This document shows positions 9,172 through 18,734 of a DNA stretch of 51,211 nucleotides, piece by piece. The stretch's first letter is position 1. Every line of letters starts with the position of its first letter. The position numbers and the translations under genes are program-made. Source of the stretch: Akkermansiaceae bacterium (lineage in GTDB: Bacteria; Verrucomicrobiota; Verrucomicrobiia; Verrucomicrobiales; Akkermansiaceae); NCBI GenBank assembly GCA_017857425.1, contig JAFMDE010000001.1, positions 1-51,211 of the forward strand, in the 5' to 3' direction. Under the pieces are notes generated by a model that searched no databases, was not told where the DNA came from, and worked only from the letters and a program-made list of their open reading frames with translations.

Positions 9172-10758
9172 TTAGAGTGCACAGAAGGTATCCTCTGCAG
9201 GTGATTCCCCTTGTGTAAGGCCAGCTTGGCCGTTTGCTGAGAGGTGGGTGAGGCAGTGGAAAACGTCCTCTGTATCCGCATCTATGGCAGAGGCAATATC
9301 ATCTGCGCTGAGGCTTTGCTCACTGAGTTGCGTTTTTACCTTTCCTAATAGTTCAAGAAAGATACCGGCGGCCTTTTTGCCTGCCTCTACACCAGGCTGG
9401 TGGTAGGCGTTGACGTTGACCAAGAGAGCATAAAGGGAGACGGCACGCTCAAATAAGGCAATGAGTGCGCCAATAGTCCTAGGGCTCACCTCGTCAATAG
9501 AGATGGTGATTGATTTGCGGCCACTCTCATAGAGGGCGGTGCGGCTGCCACGAAGGAATCCTTGTAAGTAGTCAGCTGCGGTGGTGTCTGGCTCAACTTC
9601 GATACTGGCGCCGTTACGACCTTTGTGAACTTCAATGAAAGTGGCAAAAAAGTTGGCGACACCATCACGAAGTTGCTGCACGTAGGCGTGCTGGTCAGTC
9701 GATCCCTTGTTTCCATATACTGCGAGTCCTTGGTGGACGACGTTGCCATCAAGATCATGCTTTTTGCCGAGTGACTCCATGACGAGCTGTTGTAGGTACT
9801 TGGAGAAAAGAACGAGCGAGTCTTTATAAGGGAGCACGACCATGTCTTTTTCTCCCTTGCCGTTGCCGGCATGGTGCCATGCCAAGGCGAGCTGCATGGC
9901 AGCGTTATCATCACAATGATGGTTGCGTGTGCGCTCATCCATCGCAGCGGCTCCTTCAAGTAGAGCATCGATATCAATGCGTTGGAGTGCTGCAGGAATG
10001 AGGCCCACGGTCGACATCACTGAGGTGCGCCCGCCGACCCAGTCTTCCATGGGAAAGGTGGTCAGGAAATTGTTTGCGGTCGCGTAATTGAATAATTTCG
10101 AGCCATCTCCGGTGATGGCAACGGCATGTGGTCCAAAATCAATGCCAGAGGACTCATAGGCAGATTGAGCTTCGAGCATGCCGTTACGTGTCTCGGCCGT
10201 GCCACCAGATTTTGATATGACAAGAGAGAGCGTTTTACCAAGGCCGCCATGGGTTTTGGTGATGATTTCATTGAGTATGGCATCCATGCCGGCGGGGTCG
10301 GTGTTGTCGAAGAAAAAAGTTTTCAGGGGACTGTCCGATCCGAGCGCCTCGTAGATGAACTGCGGCCCCAGTGCAGAGCCACCAATGCCAATGATGAGCA
10401 AGTTTTCAAACCGACCTCCCTTAGGGGTGGTGATTTCGCCACGGCGTATTTTCTGAGCGAAGACTTTTAGCTCGGCAATCGGCTCGGTGATTTGCTTTCT
10501 GATTTCATCATTTGGAGCAAGTGCTGGATTGCGTAGCCAGTAATGACCTACCATGCGCCCTTCGTCGGGATTCATGATTTCACCGGCTTCGATGGCTTTG
10601 ATTCCGGCAAAAGCACGTGAGGTTTCTTTGGAAAGTGAGTCTGCGTAGTTTGAAGGGATATCCATTCGAGAGGTGTCGATGGAGAATCCAAGTTCAGGAT
10701 ATCGCGTATATGAGTCCAGATAGGATTTCCAAGACGAAGGCTGGTCAGCTTTGGGCAT
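9172..10758 (-). CDS. pgi: Glucose-6-phosphate isomerase
   Basis: IGIGGSALG, SKSGGT.ET, VGGRTS, QQLVMESLGK, DQHAYVQ, QPGVEAGK. Start probably ATG 10758. Confidence 0.96.
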   Translation of the reverse strand: MPKADQPSSWKSYLDSYTRYPELGFSIDTSRMDIPSNYADSLSKETSRAFAGIKAIEAGEIMNPDEGRMVGHYWLRNPALAPNDEIRKQITEPIAELKVFAQKIRRGEITTPKGGRFENLLIIGIGGSALGPQFIYEALGSDSPLKTFFFDNTDPAGMDAILNEIITKTHGGLGKTLSLVISKSGGTAETRNGMLEAQSAYESSGIDFGPHAVAITGDGSKLFNYATANNFLTTFPMEDWVGGRTSVMSTVGLIPAALQRIDIDALLEGAAAMDERTRNHHCDDNAAMQLALAWHHAGNGKGEKDMVVLPYKDSLVLFSKYLQQLVMESLGKKHDLDGNVVHQGLAVYGNKGSTDQHAYVQQLRDGVANFFATFIEVHKGRNGASIEVEPDTTAADYLQGFLRGSRTALYESGRKSITISIDEVSPRTIGALIALFERAVSLYALLVNVNAYHQPGVEAGKKAAGIFLELLGKVKTQLSEQSLSADDIASAIDADTEDVFHCLTHLSANGQAGLTQGESPAEDTFCAL

Positions 10759-10917
10759 GCTTGGTTTTAGATGCTTCAGGCTACAATATTCAAGTGTATA
10801 CTGGGTCTGGTGTGACATTAGGAGGCGGGAGGCCTTATTTCACGACAGTAATGAGAATGATGACCACATCAGCGTGGCAAAGGAGTTGCTATCATTGAGC
10901 TGTTTTGTTTCTCTGTA

Positions 10918-13035
10918 ATGTGTATGGCATGCGTGATTGAGCCTAGAGAGGCATTAAAGGATTACTTTGGGTTTGATGTTTTTCTCGATGGTCAAGAGGA
11001 AGTCGTCGACCAAATCATATCCGGTCAGGACGGATTGGTAGTGATGCCAACCGGTGGCGGTAAGTCACTTTGTTATCAGCTGCCTGCACTTTGTTTAGAG
11101 GGGGTAACACTAGTCATCTCTCCACTCATCGCGTTGATGAAAGACCAAGTGGACGCGCTGCATGACAAGGGGATAGCAGCAACGATGATCAACTCGACCA
11201 TGGGCTGGCCTGAACAACGAGAGAGGATTGAGCGGATGAAGGCGGCTGAATATAAGCTTGTTTATATTGCCCCGGAGCGGTTCCGATCGAAGTCTTTTAT
11301 GGAGGCTCTCAGTGAGGTTAATATTGCTTTGTTTGCCGTGGATGAAGCGCACTGCTTGAGCCAGTGGGGTCATGATTTCCGTCCTGAATATATGCGGCTC
11401 GGCAGAGTGCTCGCTGAACTGGGTCGGCCACAGGCGCTAGCTCTCACGGCTACAGCAACGCCCGTCGTCAGGAAGGATATTCTTGAGGTGCTCGCCTTAC
11501 GTGACCCGTTTGAGACGCTGAGCGGTTTCAGTAGACCTAATCTATCACTAACCGTCACTTCGGTTAATAAGCGTGCAGCCAAGTATACTCGGCTTCGTGA
11601 GGTTGTCGACGAATGGAAAACGGGAGTCGTTTACTGCTCGACACGCAAGAGGGTTGAGGAAGTGGCGGAGATGCTGCATGGCTGGGGCGTAAAGTGCATT
11701 GCCTATCACGGCGGCATGAATGAAGCGCAAAGAGAGCAAACGCAGAATGATTTTATTAGCAAGAGGGCTGATGTGGCTGTCGCAACGAATGCCTTTGGCA
11801 TGGGTATAGACCGCTCAGATGTCAGATTTGTTGTTCACTTCGAGGTGCCAGGTAGCATTGAGGCATATTACCAAGAAGCGGGCAGGGCCGGGCGTGATGG
11901 CGATGAGGCATATTGCGAGATGTTCTTTAATTACGCAGACACAAGGACACAGGAATTTTTCATTGAAGGAGCTAATCCTGGATATCAGCAAATCACAGAA
12001 GCCTATGCCTTTTTGCAAAATGATGCGGATGAGAACTTTGAAGTTTTTAGGACGATGGATGAGATCGCTGAGGGTTCGGGCATCAAGAATAGCATGGCTG
12101 CAGGGTCAGCGATTTCTGTGCTAGCACGTGGTGGATATTTGGAGCGCTTTGATGTAGCCGGCAAGCGGATGAAAGGAACGCGGCTCAAGCGGCCCGATGT
12201 GGATGTGGGTGAGCTGGATATCAACCGTGAGGCTTTGGAGGAAAAAGAGCGCAGGGACAGGCAAAAGCTAGATGAAATAGTGAAGCTGTGTTATAGCAGG
12301 CAATGCCGCCAACAGGCTATTCTTGAATACTTTGGTGAGCACGATGCTCCAACGTGCGGTAACTGTGATATCTGTTCTAATAATTTTGGTGGAGAGCTCA
12401 GGGTAGCTGCGGGCGACGCTGAGATATTGCTTGTTCGTAAAGCCTTGAGTGGTGTTGCTCGTATGAGCCAGAAAACAAAAGATGGATGGCAAGGGCGGTT
12501 TGGAAGGGGCAGGGTGGTGCAAATGCTGATGGGCAGTAAATCCCAAGAAATTCTTCGAGTGCGCCTGAACGAACTCACCACCTATGGGTTGCTCAAGGAG
12601 TGTGGCACGGCCTATCTGAACGAGCTGTTCCGCTCCCTGCATGATGCGGCATTGGTTTTCACGCAAAAGGGTGAATACCCCTTGATCACATTGACCACAC
12701 TTGGCGAACAAGTGATGCTGGGCGAGGCCGAGTGCAGAATAGTCTGGCCGGATCGTTATGCGGGAAGTGATTCAGCTCTTAAGGAAGGCAGTGAGATTGA
12801 GATGGAAGAGTTTGATTTTGATACTCATCTTCATTCAAGGCTCAAGGACGTGCGTGCGGCATTGGCGAAGAAGGCTGGCGTGCCGCACTACCATATTTTT
12901 CCTAACAATACGCTCGAGTATTTCACTCGCTTGCGGCCGAGTAGTGTGGAAGCGGGCATGCGTATCAAGGGAGTCGGCGAGGTGAAGGCGAAGAAGTATC
13001 TCCAAGCGTTCATCGATGAAATCCATGGCAAGTGA
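10918..13035 (+). CDS. recQ: RecQ-family ATP-dependent DNA helicase
   Basis: MPTGGGKSLCYQ, VDEAHC.SQWGHDFRP, QEAGRAGRDG, Zn motif CR...YFGE...CGNCDIC, RQC and HRDC domains. Start could be 10924 or 10933. Confidence 0.95.
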   Translation: MCMACVIEPREALKDYFGFDVFLDGQEEVVDQIISGQDGLVVMPTGGGKSLCYQLPALCLEGVTLVISPLIALMKDQVDALHDKGIAATMINSTMGWPEQRERIERMKAAEYKLVYIAPERFRSKSFMEALSEVNIALFAVDEAHCLSQWGHDFRPEYMRLGRVLAELGRPQALALTATATPVVRKDILEVLALRDPFETLSGFSRPNLSLTVTSVNKRAAKYTRLREVVDEWKTGVVYCSTRKRVEEVAEMLHGWGVKCIAYHGGMNEAQREQTQNDFISKRADVAVATNAFGMGIDRSDVRFVVHFEVPGSIEAYYQEAGRAGRDGDEAYCEMFFNYADTRTQEFFIEGANPGYQQITEAYAFLQNDADENFEVFRTMDEIAEGSGIKNSMAAGSAISVLARGGYLERFDVAGKRMKGTRLKRPDVDVGELDINREALEEKERRDRQKLDEIVKLCYSRQCRQQAILEYFGEHDAPTCGNCDICSNNFGGELRVAAGDAEILLVRKALSGVARMSQKTKDGWQGRFGRGRVVQMLMGSKSQEILRVRLNELTTYGLLKECGTAYLNELFRSLHDAALVFTQKGEYPLITLTTLGEQVMLGEAECRIVWPDRYAGSDSALKEGSEIEMEEFDFDTHLHSRLKDVRAALAKKAGVPHYHIFPNNTLEYFTRLRPSSVEAGMRIKGVGEVKAKKYLQAFIDEIHGK

Positions 13036-13084
13036 ACATTCCAGCATTAAGGAGCGGAAATGCGCTGGCTATGTTTGGCGTGGG

Positions 13085-14158
13085 ATGACGCTGGACGAGA
13101 GTTTTTATTTGCGTGCGGTGGCAATCGTCATGATCATGGCACACAATTATTTGCACTGGATGCCAGGTTCCCCAGGTGAGAATGAGTTTGGCTTCAATGC
13201 GGACAGGGTGGCGCTGATGCTGGAGGGGCTGTGGCAGAATCCGTGGGATGCTCCGCGACTGCTCGCATCCTACTTTGGCCACTATGGCGTGCAGGTCTTT
13301 TTTTTCCTTAGTGCTTATGGGCTTACGAAAAAGTATAGCGCTGCGTCTCCCGCTTGGTGGTCGTTTCAAACAAAAAGATGGAAGTCTTTTTACCCTGCGA
13401 TCATCCTGTCAGCACTAGGTTATCTTATCTATGAAGGGTTTCGGGTGGGCTGGAGCGAGGTGTGGCATGACGATGTTTTGAACTTACTTCGGCAGATGGT
13501 TGGGGTGTCTAACTTTATCCCGGATAATGTTTATCGTCCCATTGGCCCTTGGTGGTTCATCGGTGCGATTCTTCAATTTTACTTGGTATTGCCCTTTGTT
13601 TGGAGGGCTCTGCAGAAGTATGGGGATAAGGTTCTTTATGCATTGTTAGTGGGTGGCTGGATATTGCAATGTGTACTGGGGCATATTATTTATGCTCAAT
13701 TTGATCTGAATATTAATCACAGCATCCTCGGTCACCTTGGAGTTTGCTCAATGGGGATCTGGTTTGCCCGTCGCAATGAGGTGATGATACCATGGTGGTT
13801 GCTTCTGCTAAGTGTGGTGATGTTTATTGGGGGTAACTTCTTTTACGAACTGTGGATTCCCTCGAGGGTGGTGTTGTTATTGTTTTTATTGCCACTGTTA
13901 CGTGCTGTTTGTGGCTACTTAGGAAAGCGGCGGTGGTGTGGCGCAGCGATGCTGCTGCTAGGGCAGCTCTCTGTGTATTTGTTTTTGTGTAACGGCTATC
14001 TGAGGCGGCCGATTGTTGAGTGGGCAAAACAAGAATCTCACTGGTGGACATCTACATGGACATGTATTGTTTTCATCATGATAGTGACGGTATGGGCACT
14101 CATGATGCGAACGTTTGAAAGGCGGATTTTCCTTGTTCTAGACCGCCGCTACCGATAG
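13085..14158 (+). CDS. Acyltransferase-3 (OafA/YrhL-like) membrane protein
   Basis: LRAVAIVMIMAHN, GVQVFFFLSAYGL, RW..FYP, WWF....QFY, about 10 TM segments. Confidence 0.88.
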   Translation: MTLDESFYLRAVAIVMIMAHNYLHWMPGSPGENEFGFNADRVALMLEGLWQNPWDAPRLLASYFGHYGVQVFFFLSAYGLTKKYSAASPAWWSFQTKRWKSFYPAIILSALGYLIYEGFRVGWSEVWHDDVLNLLRQMVGVSNFIPDNVYRPIGPWWFIGAILQFYLVLPFVWRALQKYGDKVLYALLVGGWILQCVLGHIIYAQFDLNINHSILGHLGVCSMGIWFARRNEVMIPWWLLLLSVVMFIGGNFFYELWIPSRVVLLLFLLPLLRAVCGYLGKRRWCGAAMLLLGQLSVYLFLCNGYLRRPIVEWAKQESHWWTSTWTCIVFIMIVTVWALMMRTFERRIFLVLDRRYR

Positions 14159-14170
14159 GATTTACTAAGT

Positions 14171-15226
14171 ATGGATGAATTGATTAAGCACGTGGAGCAA
14201 GGTAAGGAATTAAACTTGCGAGAGATTTATGCAGCAACTGAGATGCTGCTCAGCGAGAGTGTTACTGACGAAAAAAAAGTGGCGTTTCTTAGGGGTTTGA
14301 CGGCCAAGGGTGAGACAGCTGCGGAGATTGCAGGATTTGTGGAAGCTTTCCTTGAGAGAGCTGTTGATCCAGGTGTTTCCGAAATGAATTTTAGTGGCCC
14401 TACCATCGATGTTTGTGGAACAGGTGGGGATAAGCTCAATCTTTTTAACGTGTCGACAACGAGCATGTTTGTTATTGCCGCTGGTGGTGCGGTTGTGGTC
14501 AAGCATGGCAATCGTGGGATTACGTCTAAAAGCGGAGGCGCTGACGTGCTGGAAGCACTGGGAGTTAAGATAGATGTGACTCCAGAGGTTTTTCGCAATT
14601 GTTTGGAGGCTGCCGGCGTTGGTTTTTTGTTCGCTCCCATTTACCATCCAGCCTTTAAGGCGGTCGTAGGCGTCAGGAAAATTTTGGCTCAAGAGGGAAC
14701 GAGGACTATTTTCAACCTCATCGGCCCCTTATTGAATCCAGCCCGGCCAGAGTGCCAGTTGGTGGGTGTTTGTGATCCCGAAATGGATTCTGTTTTTGCA
14801 GAGATTCTTCAGCGTCTTGGGCGCGATAGCGCTTGGGTGGTTCACGGCAGCACGGCAGATGGTGGCCCGGTTGATGAAGTGAGTTTGCTGGGGCCGACAC
14901 GGATATGTAAATCTGGGCGTTACCAGTCTCTTGTTGATGAAGAAGTAAATCCAGAAGACTTCGGTATGTCCGTCTGTGATGTGAAAGACCTTGAGGGAGG
15001 GGATGCTGCAGAGAATGCGGTTATCCTTACTGATATACTCAGCGGTAAGGAAGCGGGACCCAAGCGTGAGATGGTGTTGCTTAATGCAGGCGCAGGTTTG
15101 GCTTGTGCAGGCTTAGCTGATACGATGGGGCAAGGTGTTCAATTAGCCGCAGAGTTGATTGACTCGGGGCAGGCATTGGAGCGTCTACACCGTTTGCAGG
15201 AAGTGTCCTCTGCACAAGCTGTGTGA
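14171..15226 (+). CDS. trpD: Anthranilate phosphoribosyltransferase
   Basis: DVCGTGGD, FNVST, KHGNR...SKSGGAD, RTIFN.IGPL.NP, DE motif. Confidence 0.95.
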   Translation: MDELIKHVEQGKELNLREIYAATEMLLSESVTDEKKVAFLRGLTAKGETAAEIAGFVEAFLERAVDPGVSEMNFSGPTIDVCGTGGDKLNLFNVSTTSMFVIAAGGAVVVKHGNRGITSKSGGADVLEALGVKIDVTPEVFRNCLEAAGVGFLFAPIYHPAFKAVVGVRKILAQEGTRTIFNLIGPLLNPARPECQLVGVCDPEMDSVFAEILQRLGRDSAWVVHGSTADGGPVDEVSLLGPTRICKSGRYQSLVDEEVNPEDFGMSVCDVKDLEGGDAAENAVILTDILSGKEAGPKREMVLLNAGAGLACAGLADTMGQGVQLAAELIDSGQALERLHRLQEVSSAQAV

Positions 15227-15327
15227 TTTTTCATACTTTCACCGACCCCTTCATCCCATTTGAGAACTACCTGTGCTTTTAGAGATCCTCTAAACACAAC
15301 AATACTAAACCTAAAGTCAGAGTCACT

Positions 15328-16431
15328 ATGAGTCGCCACGTTACACCTACCAAGATTCCCCAAGAAAGAGATTTTACTGGGGGCATGATCCATCTTCAGT
15401 CTTGCTCATTTATAGGCTCGACCGGAGAGAAAAAATTAGATGACCGGATCACGGCTCTGGCTAAAGAGATTTCTGGGGGCGAGGAAAATTGCATGCTCGC
15501 TGAAATGTTGATATCCGCAGTGCGCATCTCACGTGGTGCTGTTACCGAGGGGGACTTCAAGACGATGAACCAAGCACTTCGTGAAATGCGAGTTGCCAAC
15601 GAGGTTTTTTACCCCTTCCGCAATTGCCGGAAGATATCCATTTTTGGTTCTGCGAGAACAAATCCCGAAGAAGCCGAATATAAAGCGGCCGTGGAATTTG
15701 CAGCAAAGATGCGCGATGCTGGGTTTATGACGATTACCGGTGCGGGGCCAGGCATCATGGCGGCGGGTAACGAGGGAGCAGGACGTGAGGATAGCTTTGG
15801 TTTGAATATTAAGCTTCCTTTTGAGTCATCGGCGAATGCGTTTATTGCGGGTGACGAAAAGCTGGTAGACTTCAATTTCTTTTTCACTCGTAAGCTATCA
15901 TTCGTGAAGGAGTCTGACGCCGTTGTAGCTTTCCCGGGTGGCTTCGGCACCATGGATGAAATTTTTGAAACTTTAACGCTTATCCAAACGGGGAAAACGA
16001 TGATTTATCCACTCATACTCATTGATGCCAAAGGAGGCACCTATTGGAAATTCTGGCAGCAGTTTATCGAGGAGCATTTGAGCCGTTTAGGCATGATCTC
16101 GGAGAGCGACTACTCGTTGTTTAAGGTGACCGATGACATTGATGAAGCGGTAGAAGAGGTGAGGCGGTTTTATTCCAACTTTCATTCTTATCGCTACATT
16201 GGTGATAATATTATTATCCGAATGCAAAAAGAGCTCTCTGAAAGTCAGATGAAGAGGCTCCATGAGGATTTCTCAGATATCCTCAAGAGTGGAGGCTTTA
16301 AGCAATGTGGTCCCGTGTGCGAAGAGGATGACGAGCCTGAGCTTGACGCGCTGCCAAGGCTGGTGTTTCGCCACCGCCACCGGAACTTTGGCCGACTACG
16401 CGAGCTGATCAATGCGGTAAACGACCTCTAA
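15328..16431 (+). CDS. LOG-family (TIGR00730-like) nucleotide phosphoribohydrolase, long form
   Basis: SIFGSART, TGAGPGIM.A, FFFTRK, PGGFGTMDE. Start 15328 or 15385. Confidence 0.9.
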   Translation: MSRHVTPTKIPQERDFTGGMIHLQSCSFIGSTGEKKLDDRITALAKEISGGEENCMLAEMLISAVRISRGAVTEGDFKTMNQALREMRVANEVFYPFRNCRKISIFGSARTNPEEAEYKAAVEFAAKMRDAGFMTITGAGPGIMAAGNEGAGREDSFGLNIKLPFESSANAFIAGDEKLVDFNFFFTRKLSFVKESDAVVAFPGGFGTMDEIFETLTLIQTGKTMIYPLILIDAKGGTYWKFWQQFIEEHLSRLGMISESDYSLFKVTDDIDEAVEEVRRFYSNFHSYRYIGDNIIIRMQKELSESQMKRLHEDFSDILKSGGFKQCGPVCEEDDEPELDALPRLVFRHRHRNFGRLRELINAVNDL

Positions 16432-16462
16432 GCCTGCGGGCTGTTTTGCTACAGAGGGCAGC

Positions 16463-17896
16463 TTAATCCATAAGCTCAGGCCAGTCCTCGGTGTGAAAGA
16501 ACTCTCCCTCTGGCTTGTCCAGACGCTCATAGGTGTGTGCACCGAAAAAGTCTCGCTGTGCTTGAAGGAGGTTGGCAGGCAGGCGCTCACTGCGGTAGCT
16601 GTCATAGTAGGCCAGTGATCCGCCAAAGCTTGGCACTGGGATGCCGTTGAGGGCTGCAAGAGAAACTACTTCACGCCAGTTTTGCTGTGCCTTCGTGAGG
16701 ATCTCAGTAAAGAATGGGGCAAGCATGAGGTTAGTAGGTGAGTCGCTACCTTGGTAAGCTTCAGTAATACGATTGAGGAAGCGCGCACGAATAATACAAC
16801 CGCCACGCCAGATTTTGGCAATTTCACCGAGTTGAAGATCCCAGCCTTTTTCTGCGCCTACCTTGGAAATGAGATCAAGGCCTTGTGCATAAGAGACGAT
16901 TTTTGATGCGTAAAGGGCATCACGCACTTTTTCGATAAGCTCTTTTTTGTTGAGCTCGCCCATGTTGAAATCCGTATTGGATGGTCCAGTCAGGATATGA
17001 GAAGCGGCAAGTCTCTGGTCACGTATGGCAGATAGGATGCGGGCTTCGACAGATGCACCGATACAGGAGAAGGGGATCGCGTGATCTACCGCCTCCATCA
17101 TCGTCCAGCGTCCAGTGCCTTTTTGTCCAGCTTTGTCAACAATGAGGTCGACGATGTGCTTGCCCGTCTCTGGATCAATTTGTTTGAAGATGTTCGCGGT
17201 GATTTCAATGAGAAAGCTCTCCAGATCGCCAGCATTCCAATCCGCAAAGATTTCAGCAAGTTCCTCATTAGAAAATCCAGCGGCCTTAAAGATATCGTAA
17301 GCCTCACAAATGAGCTGCATGTCGCCATACTCGATGCCATTGTGAACCATTTTAACAAAATGGCCGGCGCCGCCTTCTCCGATGTGAACAACACAAGGCT
17401 CTCCGTCGACTTTAGCAGAGATAGCTTCAAAGATAGGCTGCATGACCTTCCAGGTGCTTTGTGGACCACCAGGCATGATGGATGGGCCTTTGAGCGCGCC
17501 TTCCTCGCCTCCTGATACTCCTGCACCGATGAAGCGCAGCCCATGTTCACTACACCATTTGTCACGGCGTTCCGTATCGGTGTAGAGTGAGTTGCCGCCA
17601 TCGATGATGATATCGTCTTTGTCGAGTAATGGTAATAGGGACTCGATGACAGCATCGACCGGGCCGCCCGCCTTGACCATGATTTGAATTTTACGTGGGC
17701 TGGCAAGAGAATCGACAAATTCTTCAAGGGTCTCGCAGCCGATGAGTTTTTTGTCAGGATTTTGGCCGATGAATTCGGTCATCGTCGAGGTGGTCCGGTT
17801 GTAAACGGAAACTTGGAAGCCGCGGCTTTCCACATTGAGTACAAGGTTTTGCCCCATGACAGCGAGGCCTATTAGTCCGAAATCTGATTTTTCCAT
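16463..17896 (-). CDS. gnd: NADP-dependent 6-phosphogluconate dehydrogenase
   Basis: GLAVMG, NRT, DGGN, VSGGEEGA, KMVHNGIEY, QKGTG.W, WRGGCIIR, QAQRDFFGAH. Confidence 0.98.
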   Translation of the reverse strand: MEKSDFGLIGLAVMGQNLVLNVESRGFQVSVYNRTTSTMTEFIGQNPDKKLIGCETLEEFVDSLASPRKIQIMVKAGGPVDAVIESLLPLLDKDDIIIDGGNSLYTDTERRDKWCSEHGLRFIGAGVSGGEEGALKGPSIMPGGPQSTWKVMQPIFEAISAKVDGEPCVVHIGEGGAGHFVKMVHNGIEYGDMQLICEAYDIFKAAGFSNEELAEIFADWNAGDLESFLIEITANIFKQIDPETGKHIVDLIVDKAGQKGTGRWTMMEAVDHAIPFSCIGASVEARILSAIRDQRLAASHILTGPSNTDFNMGELNKKELIEKVRDALYASKIVSYAQGLDLISKVGAEKGWDLQLGEIAKIWRGGCIIRARFLNRITEAYQGSDSPTNLMLAPFFTEILTKAQQNWREVVSLAALNGIPVPSFGGSLAYYDSYRSERLPANLLQAQRDFFGAHTYERLDKPEGEFFHTEDWPELMD

Positions 17897-17905
17897 ATTG
17901 GTATA

Positions 17906-17930
17906 GATGTGTTGAGGCGATGTGTTGAGG
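17906..17930. repeat. 12-bp direct repeat in the gnd leader
   Basis: GATGTGTTGAGG at 17906-17917 and 17919-17930. Confidence 0.8.
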
Positions 17931-18122
17931 GCGCAGATTATTCATGAGAGACGACTGGAAGCAATATCAAGTTGAATAAATTCGCGAGATAGCGCGTCAA
18001 GGTGACTCATTGGTGCTTGTTTTGAGGGGTTTTTTTCATAAGCCAAGTGTTGCCCTTGGCTTAGAGTCAGACCATAGTGGGCAGAGGCCAATGTATAAGG
18101 CCTATGCCCAGCACCTTTATTC

Positions 18123-18710
18123 ATGAATTTACCCAATACGATCACGCTCTTTCGTCTGGTTCTAACGGCTGTTTTCTGTGTCGCCGCATCTGCCGAAGGG
18201 CTCGTTGGCTATGCCATTGCCCTCAGTGCTTTTGTGCTCGGCGCTATATCTGATTGGTTGGATGGCTACTTGGCACGGAGGATGGGACTGGTTACCTCAC
18301 TCGGAAAGCTTCTGGATCCGCTGGCAGATAAGATTTTGGTGTGTTCTGGTTTTGTTTATTTGTCTGCTAAAGGGTTGTGTCCGGTTTGGGTCACGGCTTT
18401 GATTCTGTGTCGTGAGTTTCTGGTCACTGGTATCAGGCAGATCGCCATCGAGGAGGGTAAAGTCATTGCCGCAGATCAACTTGGAAAATGGAAAACAACC
18501 TTCCAACTTACTTTCATCATCACCGCACTTGTCTACCTCACCTTTGAATCCGTCGAATCTAACAATTCCTTGATCAGGGGCTTACAATATCTATCGCATA
18601 AAGATCACCTATTGTTTCCTCTTTCTCTATGGCCTGCCGTTGCCCTGACGGTTATCTCCGGCTGGTCATACTTCTGGAAATCTAAGGATATGATTTTGGG
18701 TAAAAGCTAG
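18123..18710 (+). CDS. pgsA: CDP-diacylglycerol--glycerol-3-phosphate 3-phosphatidyltransferase
   Basis: MNLPN.IT..R, DWLDGYLAR...TSLGKLLDPLADK, REF.V.G.R, GKWKT. Confidence 0.93.
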   Translation: MNLPNTITLFRLVLTAVFCVAASAEGLVGYAIALSAFVLGAISDWLDGYLARRMGLVTSLGKLLDPLADKILVCSGFVYLSAKGLCPVWVTALILCREFLVTGIRQIAIEEGKVIAADQLGKWKTTFQLTFIITALVYLTFESVESNNSLIRGLQYLSHKDHLLFPLSLWPAVALTVISGWSYFWKSKDMILGKS

Positions 18711-18734
18711 AATGGTTGTAACTCCTCTGCGCAG

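Noticed and set aside
14171-15226. Isolated trpD next to recQ as a DNA-binding TrpD2/YbiB
   Set aside because: PRPP- and anthranilate-binding motifs (GTGGD, NVST, KHGN, DE) are intact, so it is a normal TrpD.
17098-17727. 209-aa alternate-frame ORF inside gnd, and similar long overlapping ORFs in carA, pgi and the Na/Pi gene
   Set aside because: They lie inside well-conserved genes, have no recognisable motifs, and are explained by codon bias.
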